NCBI GenBank assembly: GCA_032718475.1
Contig: JAUCBJ010001527.1
Location: 1-35,395, forward strand
Length of the DNA stretch: 35,395 nucleotides
Direction of reading: 5' to 3'
Origin: Nemertoderma westbladi
Taxonomy: Eukaryota > Animalia > Xenacoelomorpha
Shown: positions 1-10,439 of the stretch, in pieces
Layout of the letters: each line of letters starts with the position of its first letter
Position numbering within the stretch: the stretch's first letter is position 1
The notes under the pieces: model-generated
What the model saw: only the letters and a program-made list of their open reading frames with translations
Database searches by the model: none
What the model was told of the DNA's origin: nothing
Program-made: the position numbers and the translations under genes

Positions 1-261
1 CAACGCAAGCGCTTGTTCGATCTTAAGCGCATTGGCCTCGGCTTTGGCGCGCTGTTTGCGCTCTTTACGCTCCTCTTTCGTTTCGCACCGAGTGGGCGGG
101 GGCGCGTCTCTCGGGTTCTCCAACTGGCTCAGGAAGGCAGAGACCCCGGTGTAATTACCCCGTTTCTTCTCGTGGGACAGCGGTTCCACGGGCGGTAGGT
201 ACGGAATGGGGTCCCGGGGCGCGAACAAGGCCAGCAGGTTGGGCGGCAGGAACTGCGTCAT
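1..261 (-). CDS. SNRNP70: U1 small nuclear ribonucleoprotein 70 kDa, N-terminal 87 codons (continues beyond the window's left edge)
   Basis: Manual translation from the ATG at 261-259 gives [69 protein letters not shown]..., which matches the conserved U1-70K N-terminus [24 protein letters not shown]...[17 protein letters not shown]. The segment is GC-rich and open. Confidence 0.95.
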   Translation of the reverse strand, partial: MTQFLPPNLLALFAPRDPIPYLPPVEPLSHEKKRGNYTGVSAFLSQLENPRDAPPPTRCETKEERKERKQRAKAEANALKIEQALAL

Positions 262-267
262 TGTGTT

Positions 268-397
268 ACTTACCCGGGCTAACTTCACTTACCGCTGGTT
301 ACTACTACTCGTCGCTTTCGATACTGGCTTTACCTGAAGCCGTTATCCGATTCTCACGTCACCAATTTACCTGGCACGCTTAGCGCAGGCTTACCTT
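268..397 (-). promoter_or_regulatory. Array of five 5' splice-site (U1-binding) consensus motifs in the U1-70K leader
   Basis: Minus strand: AAG|GTAAGC (397-389), CAG|GTAAAT (373-365), CAG|GTAAAG (336-328), GCG|GTAAGT (295-287), CGG|GTAAGT (276-268). The motifs are seen directly; their function is inferred. Confidence 0.6.
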
Positions 398-411
398 ATT
401 TCTCCCTGATA

Positions 412-430
412 CTGAAAATATCAAACATCA
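412..430 (-). promoter_or_regulatory. Probable 3' splice acceptor of a 5'-UTR intron of U1-70K
   Basis: The minus strand reads TTTGATATTTTCAG at the sharp switch from very AT/T-rich sequence to the GC-richer leader. Confidence 0.55.
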
Positions 431-1601
431 TTTAAAGTTAATAATAAAAAAATGTTATTTTCCATAAAATTAAAAAATAAAGAAACAAAATAAAATAAAA
501 CCCTGAACGTTACTGCCTTATTTGAAATAAATATATAAGGTTAAATAATTAACCGGTATAAGGAGAAACAGGTCCCATAGAATAATAAAAGTGTCATCGA
601 AATATCATAGTAATAACAAACTCGATACTCGCTACATATTTACTAAATTGATTTTAACTAGAATCTTTCATTAGACAATGAGAAAATTTGTTTGACACAA
701 TAAACTCTCGCCTGCCTGAAAGCAGTTTGTCGGGAAGTGAATAAATATTTAAGATATAATTTAATTAGAAATATAGTAGCGAAGATATAGTTCCCTCCAG
801 TTGTATATATACAATGGAAAGGAAAGTTTCTGCGAAAGACTAAAACATATGTTATTGCTTGCGACCTTGTGATATGATATAAGAGCGATCCGTTACTTTA
901 GATATATAAATCTAAAAAATAATGTTGAGTTATTGGATACCCGTTCATCACCCAAGGGTGTAATCGCAACACAAACTCCCATGGTTGAACACAGTCCATG
1001 GTTATGTACTGTAGACAACTTGGGAGTATAGAATGCCCGATCTACAAAACTCTACCTTACTCACAATACTCTAGGTTCAGGTCGTCTACTATATATAAAT
1101 ACCGTAGACTGCCCCAATACACCTAAAATATAGTAAAAATAATTTCTGTTTTTTTTTCACAACGCATGCTCACTCTGTCACTTGTCTTGCAGTTAACAAT
1201 ATGATTAGATCAATCAACATTTTGAGGTTCTACAGTCTACAGCCAGTTTAATTGTAATGATAGTGGGTTAACTTTTATCTGGTCCTGTCAGCCTGTAGTG
1301 TAGTACAGTAGTAGTGCATAATCATTGTTAATTTGAATCACGAATCAATTGTATCTTTGTGTAGTGTACATGTTGAAAATTTAAAAATAAATAATATTAA
1401 TTATTTTATCGGTATCAGAAATCATCGTTACAGTAATAACCTATGAAAATGATAAAATATACAACACGGGAAGATAATCAAATCAAACATTCCTCTAATC
1501 TTGCAGCTGAGAACTGTTGTAGTATTGCTATCAATGCTATTTTCAGATGTTTACCTTTACATTATCGGATTACGACCTACCTGACCCGACCACAGACGAG
1601 T

Positions 1602-2460
1602 TATTATTATTATTATTATTATTATTTATCTTTTATTCTCTTAAACTCCCTTTTATAAAATAATAAAAATGGAGGCAGCTCAGTCGGGAGAGTCCAGACA
1701 CAGCTGTTAATTGGTAGAGAATAAGCGTCAACTACCTTATGCTAGTTCTACTGCATAATCGTACTTACTGTAGACCTATGTATACAAAAAAAAAATTACC
1801 TAAGAAATAGAGCACAATAATCAATACAGAAATACAGTATTCCCTTACAGGAGCAAGCAGTTTGGGGGTGGGTGGGTGGGTGGGTGGGGGAGGGGGGAGG
1901 GGGGTAAGTTTATGTGATACTATCTCTTTCAAAAGAAGTGTAGTAGAGTTGCTTAATGGCTGCGTTAAATGCGTTAAAATTTCTTTTTTCGCTGAAGTTG
2001 CGATCAAGTTTATTCCACAAGCGAGCACAATTTAGGATGAAGCTGTTATAGGCTACATTATTATTAGTTTTGGGAAGTTTTATTTTATTAGTACGTTTAT
2101 TCAGTTGTGTAGTGTTATTTAGAATGAATGGCAAAGGTTGCTCTTGAAATGGTTTGCTAATCTGGAATAGATATTTGAAAAAGAATTTCATAGCCATATA
2201 CTCTCGGAATGCGAATAGAGTTGGTTGCTTAGACAAAGTTCTCAATTCTGTACCTGTTAAATCGCGTATTTTTTTACTGTAGACAATGCGTAGGCCATAG
2301 TTCTGAATTTTTTCTAAATCGTTTATAAGTGTTTTAAAACCATGTATATTATGTAATGCTACAAGTATTTCACAGCAATATGTATGATGTGGTAGTACTG
2401 TAGTCTTGTAGATATATAATTTTGTTTTTACTGATAACTGACCCTTTACTTGTCGTAGTT
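1602..2460 (-). mobile_element. 5'-truncated CR1/L2-group LINE (ORF2 C-terminus, 3' UTR, (TAA)n tail)
   Basis: The minus strand encodes LRQVKGQLSVKTKLYIYKTTVLPHHTYCCEI...LEKIQNYGLRIV and SFILNCARLWNKL, typical of the post-RT region of CR1/L2 ORF2. A (TAA)n microsatellite tail lies at 1602-1625. Confidence 0.75.
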
Positions 2461-3250
2461 AACTGTATCGCCTACCTGTTCTAGCAGATCGGAATGGAAT
2501 ACCTACCAAAGCCCTTTGAAAAATACAAACCCTACAACACATGTTAGATCTGATAATCCACAGCGCTACGTTGATAACTGTGAAGAGACAGCAGAGGAAT
2601 TGCCATTAGCAATACCTCAAATCGTTCTCTAATAAAAAACAGAAAAAATGTATATAATATTGCCAAGGTTTAGTTTAGATAGAAGAAATTTAGGTATATA
2701 TAATTATAATAGATAGATATATACGGTATATCGGTTATAGTAGGTTCAATTCAGTTTAAGCTAACCAAATAGCAATCCTATGGTCAATTTTTTAATGTTA
2801 CCCAACCGGTAGGGAAAAAATACTCATTTTTCCTTACAATTTTAAGGTATAGGCCTATTGTATATTCAGATATTAAGTAAGAAGTAATAATTAAGAAAGA
2901 AATTAAGCAAGGTTTAGTTTAGTATAGGCAAGTACCCGGTATACCAATTCTGCTATTAGAAGAGCCGTCTGCCGGTATGTACCAAAGACTGAAAATGTAA
3001 AAAAGTTTTTTTATTTCTTGCAAATAAAGTTATTTTTCTCTTTATTCTCGTGTTTTATAATACAGTAATATATGATCAGAAATAAAAGGTAACACAGTGT
3101 AAAGCGTGTTCCTGTTCCCTATTCCCATTCGCCATTCAAGTGATGTCAAATCAAGAGATGATAAGCCAAATTATGTTATAGTGATTTATATTGTTATAGG
3201 TGCATTGTTTTTACAGTATAATAACTTAGTTACACTATGTCATGGAATAT

Positions 3251-4150
3251 AGTGTCTTTATTCAGGTATATGGCCATGCCCCCCCCCCCCAAATTGTTTT
3301 ACAAATTGTAATGAGATTGCATGAAATTTGAAACAGAGATAGTTTCACCTCCCTCCTCCTTGCTGGGTGAGCCAGAAATTTTATTTTCGTTTTCATTCTT
3401 TAGCTACAAGCATTTGAAAAAAGTGTCTCCGGCGAAATGGCACCAGTTATTCTTCAACTTTATAGTGATTTGTAGGCACTAGTCAGCTAGTGGAAAGCTG
3501 GTTGTGCAAGGATTCCAAATATGTAACATTAATTTAAATTTCGTTTTAAAATAGCTGAGATATCAGCGTTTAAAACTTGTATGGTTTTGCATATGAGCGA
3601 AGAGCGAGGCTATTTTATTCTATTAAATAAATACAACATATTCTGGAACATTTTGTTAATGCATGAGTTGAGTAGCTATGTAATAGTATGATTAAAGAGG
3701 TATTGCATTGTTGCCAAGCTACGTTTGGGATAAACAAAATATTCCAGAATATGTTGTATTTATTTAATAGAATAAAATAGCCTCGCTCATATGCAAAACC
3801 ATGCAAATTTTAAACGCTGATATCTAAGCTATTTTAAGATGAAATTTAGATTATGTTACATATTTGGAATCCTTGCACAACCGGCTTTCCACTAGTCTGC
3901 TAGTGCCTACAAACACTATAAGGTTGAAGAATAACTGCGGTGTAACTGGTGCCACTTTTTTCAAACGCTTATAGCTAAAGAATGTAAGCGAAAATAAGAA
4001 TTCTGGCTCACACAGTAAGGACTAAGGAGGAGGGAGGTGAAACTATCTGTTTCAAATTTCATGCAATCTCATTACGATTTGTAAAAAAATTTTGGGGGGG
4101 AGGCAGGGAGGGGTACGGGCCATGTACCTGAAGACTGGAATAAAGACACT
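3251..4150. mobile_element. Foldback/MITE with ~400-bp inverted arms
   Basis: 3251-~3652 is a near reverse complement of ~3736-4150, e.g. GTAATGAGATTGCATGAAATTTGAAACAGA / TCTGTTTCAAATTTCATGCAATCTCATTAC. The spacer is ~80 bp and there is no coding capacity. Confidence 0.9.
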
Positions 4151-5561
4151 AGGCCTAACTGCACTATATTCCCGGGCATGGTGTATATCCGTTTATTGGG
4201 TATGGGATGGGTGATGGGTACGGCTCACGGCTGTAGGGTACCTACTCCAGTACTCTGTTTAACTACCAAAACGTCCAAACGTACCGGTACGATACCGGTA
4301 GGGCTTAGGGCATAGGGCTGTAGGGTAGGGCACGTTTTTTTTTCGGGTGCGTCTTAACCGGCAGACCGGAGTATGAGTAGGAGGCATGAGAAGGCCTACA
4401 GGCCCACGTTTGCACTTCAGCACTTGTCAGCTTTACAGCCAGAGCCAGACGCAAACAGCAACGACGGTACAGCACCGGCTGACCGGGCTCCCTTGCTGCC
4501 TACACTCCTGCTGCTGCTGTCCTGCACTCTGACACTCCAACCGCTGAACCGGTACACTTGAGTCAAGACTCACTTCACAATGCACGAACACTGAACACGA
4601 ACTCACCTTCTTTGAAGCATGTACACTGTCTGACTGTACAGTTGAACCTTGACTTGAATAGAACACCTGTCTGCCTGTAAACTGCTAAACACGGACGGAC
4701 GTCAGGACGGTCCTGGCTGCCTGGGTCCCGGTACTATCAGACTATACGTGATACGATGAGATGTCCAGCTGTCCAGTTCACCGATGTCAAACAGAATGCG
4801 TGGCGCACAGCGGTCACCGTCAGGGTAAGCAGCCGGTTCAAACTCAAGGCAGCAAGGACAGAAGGACTGACAGACTGAAGGATGAGATCGACACAAATCC
4901 AAATATAACCAACATCAGTCAGTCAGGCCTCAGGCAGTCAGGTTTCTGACAATCTGATTATCGCTCAACAGTATAAGTCCTATCACAGTATCAGCCTATT
5001 GCAGTAAAGCAGTAATTGCTGTATACTGGTATAGCAGTATTCAGGTACTGGCAGACTGGTACAGCAGTACAGTGTTATTGCTGTCTAGTGTCTAGTGCAG
5101 GACTGCAGGAGCTACAGTGTATAGTCATATGTATGTATGTATGTATTTATTGACACAAATGATTTTAAACAAGTTAATTTGGAACGCACCAAACAAAAAC
5201 AAAATATTAAGTAATTTATAACATACCTACAGTAACTAAAGGTAGTTTGATTTAGGTAAAGATAGTCCTAAGAAAGATAAATTGATCAGCTAGAATTGAA
5301 TAAGTTAATGTTAAAGAGATATCAGGAGTCCTAAGAATTATAGGTTGTATAAGTATATACACTGTAAATAGATTTAAAAAAAATATATGATATGATATGA
5401 TATGATATGTGGATAAATAAATGAAATGAATGTTAAGAGAAATGTCATCCCTATAAGCATTTGACGTCTATTTTTACACCTCAACAGGTATGTGGACGTC
5501 ATTTTACGTCAATTATGTTTGTTGCAAGAACTCAAAGTTTTGATGGTTGACGTAATTACGT

Positions 5562-5810
5562 AAAATTACGTCTTGAACACGTCTTGATGGCACGTATCTG
5601 TGTGATACTTTTCATGGTGGATATAATTACCTAAAATGACGTCATGAACACGTCTAGGCGGCACGTATCTGTGTGATACTTTTCATGGTGGATATAATTA
5701 CCTTAAATGACGTCATGAACACGTCTAGACGGCACGTATCTGTGTGATACTTTTCATGTTGGAAATAATTATCTAAAATTACGTCTTGAGCACGTCTTAA
5801 TGACACATCT
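5562..5810. repeat. 71-bp tandem repeat, ~3.5 copies
   Basis: CACGTATCTGTGTGATACTTTTCATG recurs at 5591, 5662 and 5733. Confidence 0.9.
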
Positions 5811-5887
5811 ACTTACCACTTATACCTACTCACTGACTACAGTATGAGTACAGTATATTTATATTAGTGGTGGGTATATTTTAGTTA

Positions 5888-6059
5888 TGTAGACTGCCAC
5901 ATATAATAATCAATGTCGAACAACATATACAATCAAACAAGTTACTGTAACTAAACTGTCACCTGTAAACTGCTTTCCTATATAGCTATATAACACAACT
6001 AAGAGTTACACAATATTCATAAAGGTCAATCAGTGAACAAGGGTCAATCAGTCACTACA
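5888..6059 (-). repeat. 3' LTR of the Gypsy element
   Basis: TGTAG...CTACA termini; identical by eye to 10252-10423. Confidence 0.95.
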
Positions 6060-9000
6060 CTTCCCCCCCCTCATCTTAGGTGGACGACCTCTTGGTCGAG
6101 GAAATTGAGAATGCTGGATAACGTGTGTGCATAGTCTCAAATGGTCGATGTGAATTACTTGATTCCACGTGGGTCTGTCAGGTATCGAAATACGGACATT
6201 AACTGGACCTATATGTTCTGTTACAACGTAAGGTCCATCCCATCGTGGTATTAGACTAGACGCCAAGCCTGGAGATGTTGGAGGTAAATGTGTCCGCCAT
6301 ACCTTATCCCCGACACAGAATTTCCGCTCTTCAGCTTTGTATATCTTGTCATGATATTCGTGTTGTCTGCGACGAAAGATTCGCGTTTTGTGGATAACAT
6401 TATCTAGTTTAACTTGATTAATCGGTTTATCATTTATAATTCCCAACCAGGATAGAGCTGGTATAGGTGAGTGAACTTGATTTACTACGTCCATTGGAGA
6501 TAAACCTAGACTTTTATGTACAGAGTGATTGTAAGTAGAAACAAATGAATCAATATGACAGTCCCATGAAGTTTGAGTACCATCTTTAGTTTCTACTAAT
6601 TGCGCTCTAATTTGGTCCTTTATGGTTCTGACCAACCTCTCTGCCATACCATCACACTGAGGGTGGTATGGACTGGTTACTGTATTGCTGATTTTCTGTT
6701 GGCGACAAAAGTTTTTAAACTCATTTGAAATAAAGCATCGTCCTTGATCTGTCAATATGGTTTTTATTTCTAGGGGCTTTTGACATTTTCTAATCAATTT
6801 CATTAAACATCCAATGACAGTTGTTGAAGTTGTGTTTCCTACTGCGAACACATCTAGAAACCGAGAGAAATGATCTACGACAACAAGCAAATGAGTGTTT
6901 CCAGTAGAAGACTTTGGGAAAGGGCCACAGAAATCCATAGCAACCCGCTCATAAGGTCTTGTAACCTCAGGTAGGGATTGAAGTGGCATCGGTGCTGGTG
7001 GTAAAACCTTTGCGCGAAGACACACATCACAATTTTTTAAGTAAGTCTTTAACTCCTTATCCATATTTGGCCAATAGCATTCCCGTTGTAATAATGATAA
7101 CGTTTTCTCATAACCCAGGTGAGCACTATTGTAACCATGAACAGATTTGACAACTTTAGAACGAAGTCCTTTGGGCACAAATAACCTGGATTTATAAGTG
7201 TATATCCCTTCAACAGTTTTAGTGAATCGATAATTAATTCGGTCAAATTCGCTGTCAGCTTCTTGAAGCTGAATGAGTTCCTCTTTCGAAAGTTGTTTTA
7301 ATCCCCCATTTTCACTCTCATCAAGCACAAACACATCCATATATGAACAATTACTAGGCAACCTAGAAAGCGCATCTGCCACTTGATTAGAAGACCCCTT
7401 TTCGTGTTTGATAGATTTTAATCCTTCAAACTCTAGAAGTCGTAGTTGCCAACGAGCAAGTCTACCAGTTGCAGTTTTATTATTAATTAGCCATTGTAAT
7501 GGAGCATGATCAGACAAGACATGTACTTCAGCGCCATAAGTATAAGACTGGAACCGTTCCAATGCGAATATAACTGCCAATGCTTCCTTTTCTATTGTGG
7601 AATAGTTCTTTTCACTTGTAGTAAGATTCCTACTTGCAAATGCTATTGGGTGAAACAAACCAGCATTATCTGTTTGACTTATGACGGCACCAACTCCAAG
7701 ATTAGATGCATCGCAATGGACAAAGAATGGTTCACCAACTTTAGGGTGTACAAGAACTGGGGCACTAATTAAGGCTTCCTTTAAACTTTCGAATGAAAAT
7801 TCCTGTTCATCACTCCAAACAAATGGGACTTGTTTCCGTGTAAGTTCATACAATGGTTCAGCAATAAGGTTAAAGTTCCTTATGAATTGTCTATAGGTAT
7901 TGACCAAACCCAGAAATTTTCTTACTTCAGAAACATTTGTTGGCGCTATCATGTTCTTAACAGCAATTATCTTTGACTCACTTGGATGTACGCCGTCCTC
8001 ATCAACAATGAATCCCAAAAATTCAACTCTTCTCTGTAAAAATGAACATTTTTTTGGCTGGAGTTTTAATTTTGCAACTTTTAATCGGCGGAAAACTTCA
8101 CGAAGTATCTCTAAATGTTGCTTTAGTTCCGTTGTGACCACATAGATGTTGTCCATGTAGAAAACAACGCACGACATGTCACCAAATAAATTACTCATTA
8201 ATCTTTGGAATGTTGGTGGGGCATTATTTAGACCAAAGGCCATGACAACAAATTCAAAATGGCCAAGACTACACGAAAACGCAGTTTTATGTCTATCATC
8301 TGAGGCAAGAGGTATCTGCCAAAATCCAGATGCCAAATCTATTGATGAAAAATATTTCGCTCCGTATAGTTTATCTAATAAATCAGAAATTCGTGGTAAT
8401 GGAAATGCATCTTTCTCTGTTACAGCATTCAGTGCACGGAAATCTACGCACACTCTGTCGTTTCCATCAGGCTTCTTAACAATAACCAAAGGTGATGAAT
8501 ATGGTGAGGAAGAAGGAGTGATAATATCCTTATCCAGCATATCTTTAATATTAGACTCTAGGAGATCTCTTTTAGCCAAAGGAACATGGTATGGCCTCTG
8601 AAATATTGGTATCTCAGATTTAGTTTTTATGTGATGTTCCACAAGGTTTGTACGCCCAAGTGGTGGTTCAAACAAATCATTATATTCCTTTGTTAGAAAG
8701 TAAAATGTTTCTAAATGTTCACTGGGAACATCTCTATTTATAGTACATTTCTCGATTAAATTTATTGTGACTACTTTATCATTTACTGAAAGAGAAGAAG
8801 GAATACTATCCGAAAATTTTAGTGTTACATTTAGAGCACGTAGTCCATTGACCCCAAGAATGCATGGATGAGCCGAATCTGTGGCCACGAAAACGTCTAC
8901 ATCGGCCTTAGAAGTGCCTATTTGAATTGGAATTTGACAACGACCTCGAACATTAAGGGGTACACCATTCGCAGTTTTTAAGATGAACTGAGTTGGCTTT

Positions 9001-9161
9001 AACTGATTTTCAGTAACTAATGAAGAGTGCAGAATTGTAGAGGATGCACCAGAGTCCATCAGTATCTCGCAAATCTGCCCATTGATAGTTCCTTTAACAA
9101 AGAATCGACCTTGAGTTCTCTCATGGGCTATCACAGCAACAGTGGTGTCGCCCACCATCAC
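6048..9161 (-). CDS. pol: Gypsy Pol polyprotein (protease, RT, RNase H, integrase); RT active site altered to YMDN
   Basis: Protease LMDSGAS; RT DLASGFWQI, FGLNNAP, FYMDNI; RNase H CDAS, EKEALA, SDHAPL; integrase H-H-C-C, MDFCGP, TDQG, GMAER; WDGPY module. Confidence 0.95.
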   Translation of the reverse strand: MMVGDTTVAVIAHERTQGRFFVKGTINGQICEILMDSGASSTILHSSLVTENQLKPTQFILKTANGVPLNVRGRCQIPIQIGTSKADVDVFVATDSAHPCILGVNGLRALNVTLKFSDSIPSSLSVNDKVVTINLIEKCTINRDVPSEHLETFYFLTKEYNDLFEPPLGRTNLVEHHIKTKSEIPIFQRPYHVPLAKRDLLESNIKDMLDKDIITPSSSPYSSPLVIVKKPDGNDRVCVDFRALNAVTEKDAFPLPRISDLLDKLYGAKYFSSIDLASGFWQIPLASDDRHKTAFSCSLGHFEFVVMAFGLNNAPPTFQRLMSNLFGDMSCVVFYMDNIYVVTTELKQHLEILREVFRRLKVAKLKLQPKKCSFLQRRVEFLGFIVDEDGVHPSESKIIAVKNMIAPTNVSEVRKFLGLVNTYRQFIRNFNLIAEPLYELTRKQVPFVWSDEQEFSFESLKEALISAPVLVHPKVGEPFFVHCDASNLGVGAVISQTDNAGLFHPIAFASRNLTTSEKNYSTIEKEALAVIFALERFQSYTYGAEVHVLSDHAPLQWLINNKTATGRLARWQLRLLEFEGLKSIKHEKGSSNQVADALSRLPSNCSYMDVFVLDESENGGLKQLSKEELIQLQEADSEFDRINYRFTKTVEGIYTYKSRLFVPKGLRSKVVKSVHGYNSAHLGYEKTLSLLQRECYWPNMDKELKTYLKNCDVCLRAKVLPPAPMPLQSLPEVTRPYERVAMDFCGPFPKSSTGNTHLLVVVDHFSRFLDVFAVGNTTSTTVIGCLMKLIRKCQKPLEIKTILTDQGRCFISNEFKNFCRQQKISNTVTSPYHPQCDGMAERLVRTIKDQIRAQLVETKDGTQTSWDCHIDSFVSTYNHSVHKSLGLSPMDVVNQVHSPIPALSWLGIINDKPINQVKLDNVIHKTRIFRRRQHEYHDKIYKAEERKFCVGDKVWRTHLPPTSPGLASSLIPRWDGPYVVTEHIGPVNVRISIPDRPTWNQVIHIDHLRLCTHVIQHSQFPRPRGRPPKMRGGKCSD
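6060..6072 (-). promoter_or_regulatory. Polypurine tract
   Basis: A GAG-G-run-AAG purine stretch on the minus strand abuts the 3' LTR. Confidence 0.9.
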
Positions 9162-9179
9162 TGTTGTTGGAAGTTTAAA
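9122..9179 (-). promoter_or_regulatory. -1 programmed ribosomal frameshift signal (U UUA AAC plus stem/pseudoknot)
   Basis: Slippery heptamer at 9179-9173 in the gag frame; pol is in the -1 frame; downstream stem CAACAGTG/CACTGTTG; loop TGGGC is complementary to downstream GCCCA. Confidence 0.8.
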
Positions 9180-10175
9180 TCAACCGCGGAAGATTGTTGC
9201 ATAGAATCCGAAATGTAGTTAGCGTCAGTCGTAGCTGGTTGATACTGGTTATAATCTTGAGCGTACTGGAAACCATTGATTGATTGTTCCATCGTATTAT
9301 TAAATGCCTGTTCTGTAACTGGTGCAACACTAGCGCGATAATTTGTTGGATTTTGGAAGTGTTGAATATGGGGTGCTCGAAAATATTGATAACGAGGTTG
9401 TTGAAACCGTGGTGGTCTCATATTTTGCCGCATCCCCTCAGTGGCCTGAGGTCTATAGCCTTGTTTTAGTTGTTGGGTTTTTGAAGGACAATCTCGTTGT
9501 ATATGGCCACGACCTTGACAACAGTAGCAGAGGATTGACTCACGTATCTGAGCATTTGCGCCAGAAAACCTAACAGCATCAACCTCATCTTCATAGTTAA
9601 GGTATTCATTATCTGCCACAGACGAAGACGATATTGATGGAGATTGCTTATATGATGACTTCAATTCCTCATTTCACGCAAGAGAGAAGGCACTTTCTAA
9701 ATTTCCTGGATCCTTCAAGGTAAGTTTCTCCCGCAATTCGTCACGTAGACCAGCAAACAAAGACAGAAACTGCCAAATTATTCCTATGGGTTACTGCAAT
9801 ACCAGCAAATGCGTTCTTACAAATGTCTGAAATAGAGGCATAATAAGCGAGAACAGATTCGCCTGGCTGTTGTTTAGCTTTAAATGCTCGTCGCATCGCA
9901 AATCTAATTGCATTTCCTGGCCATAGCTTTGTATATAGATTTACTTCGATGTCATCGAAAGTGGGAAGACTGGTATCCAAGAGAACACGAATCTTGTAAG
10001 GAACATAAGCAGGCAAACGACGAATTCCCTCTTGATCAACCCAGCCATTTACGGTGCAAGCCAGGCGGAAATCGCGAAAGAAATTTTCGATAGATTCACG
10101 GTCCTCATTTGCTAACTTTGGTGGAACTTCAAAATGCGTTTGTATTAATAGTTTGTCTGGCTTATTGTCTTCCAT
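9158..10175 (-). pseudogene. gag: Gypsy gag, disrupted by a 1-bp frameshift (~9755) and a premature TGA (9676-9674)
   Basis: The two ORF pieces rejoin as ...SVFV/AGLRDELREKLTLKDPGNLESAFSLA*NEELKSS.... A zinc knuckle CYCCQGRGHIQRDC and a capsid-like QQPGESVLAY motif are present. Confidence 0.88.
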
Positions 10176-10230
10176 TCTGGTTGTGAATGTTGATAATTTG
10201 TTCTTCGGCTGGTAAATTGATATTGATCAT

Positions 10231-10250
10231 GAATCCCACTTCTGACACCA
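10231..10250 (-). promoter_or_regulatory. Primer-binding site, tRNA-Leu
   Basis: TGGTGTCAGAAGTGGGATTC lies 1 nt inside the 5' LTR and is complementary to the metazoan tRNA-Leu(CAA) 3' end GAATCCCACTTCTGACACCA. Confidence 0.88.
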
Positions 10251-10251
10251 G

Positions 10252-10423
10252 TGTAGACTGCCACATATAATAATCAATGTCGAACAACATATACAATCAA
10301 ACAAGTTACTGTAACTAAACTGTCACCTGTAAACTGCTTTCCTATATAGCTATATAACACAACTAAGAGTTACACAATATTCATAAAGGTCAATCAGTGA
10401 ACAAGGGTCAATCAGTCACTACA
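10252..10423 (-). repeat. 5' LTR of the Gypsy element
   Basis: 172 bp, TG...CA termini, direct repeat of 5888-6059. Confidence 0.95.
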
Positions 10424-10439
10424 GTTAGTTATTTATATA

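Larger units (their letters stand above)
5888..10423 (-). mobile_element. Full-length Ty3/Gypsy LTR retrotransposon
   Basis: Two 172-bp LTRs, 4-bp TSD GTTA (5884-5887 and 10424-10427), PBS, PPT, and gag plus PR-RT-RH-IN domain order. Confidence 0.97.

Noticed and set aside
13-198. 61-aa plus-strand ORF
   Set aside because: Antisense shadow of the U1-70K coding sequence.
365-400. TTACCTGGCA resembling the start of a U1 snRNA gene on the plus strand
   Set aside because: Similarity stops after 10 nt, with no stem-loop I or Sm site; better explained as a donor motif on the minus strand.
1863-1904. G-run tract as a dedicated regulatory G-quadruplex
   Set aside because: It lies in a LINE 3' UTR and poly-G/C runs are common across the window; nothing specific supports a function.
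5562-5810. Regularly spaced repeats as a CRISPR array
   Set aside because: Whole units are repeated with no unique spacers, there are no cas genes, and the context is eukaryotic.
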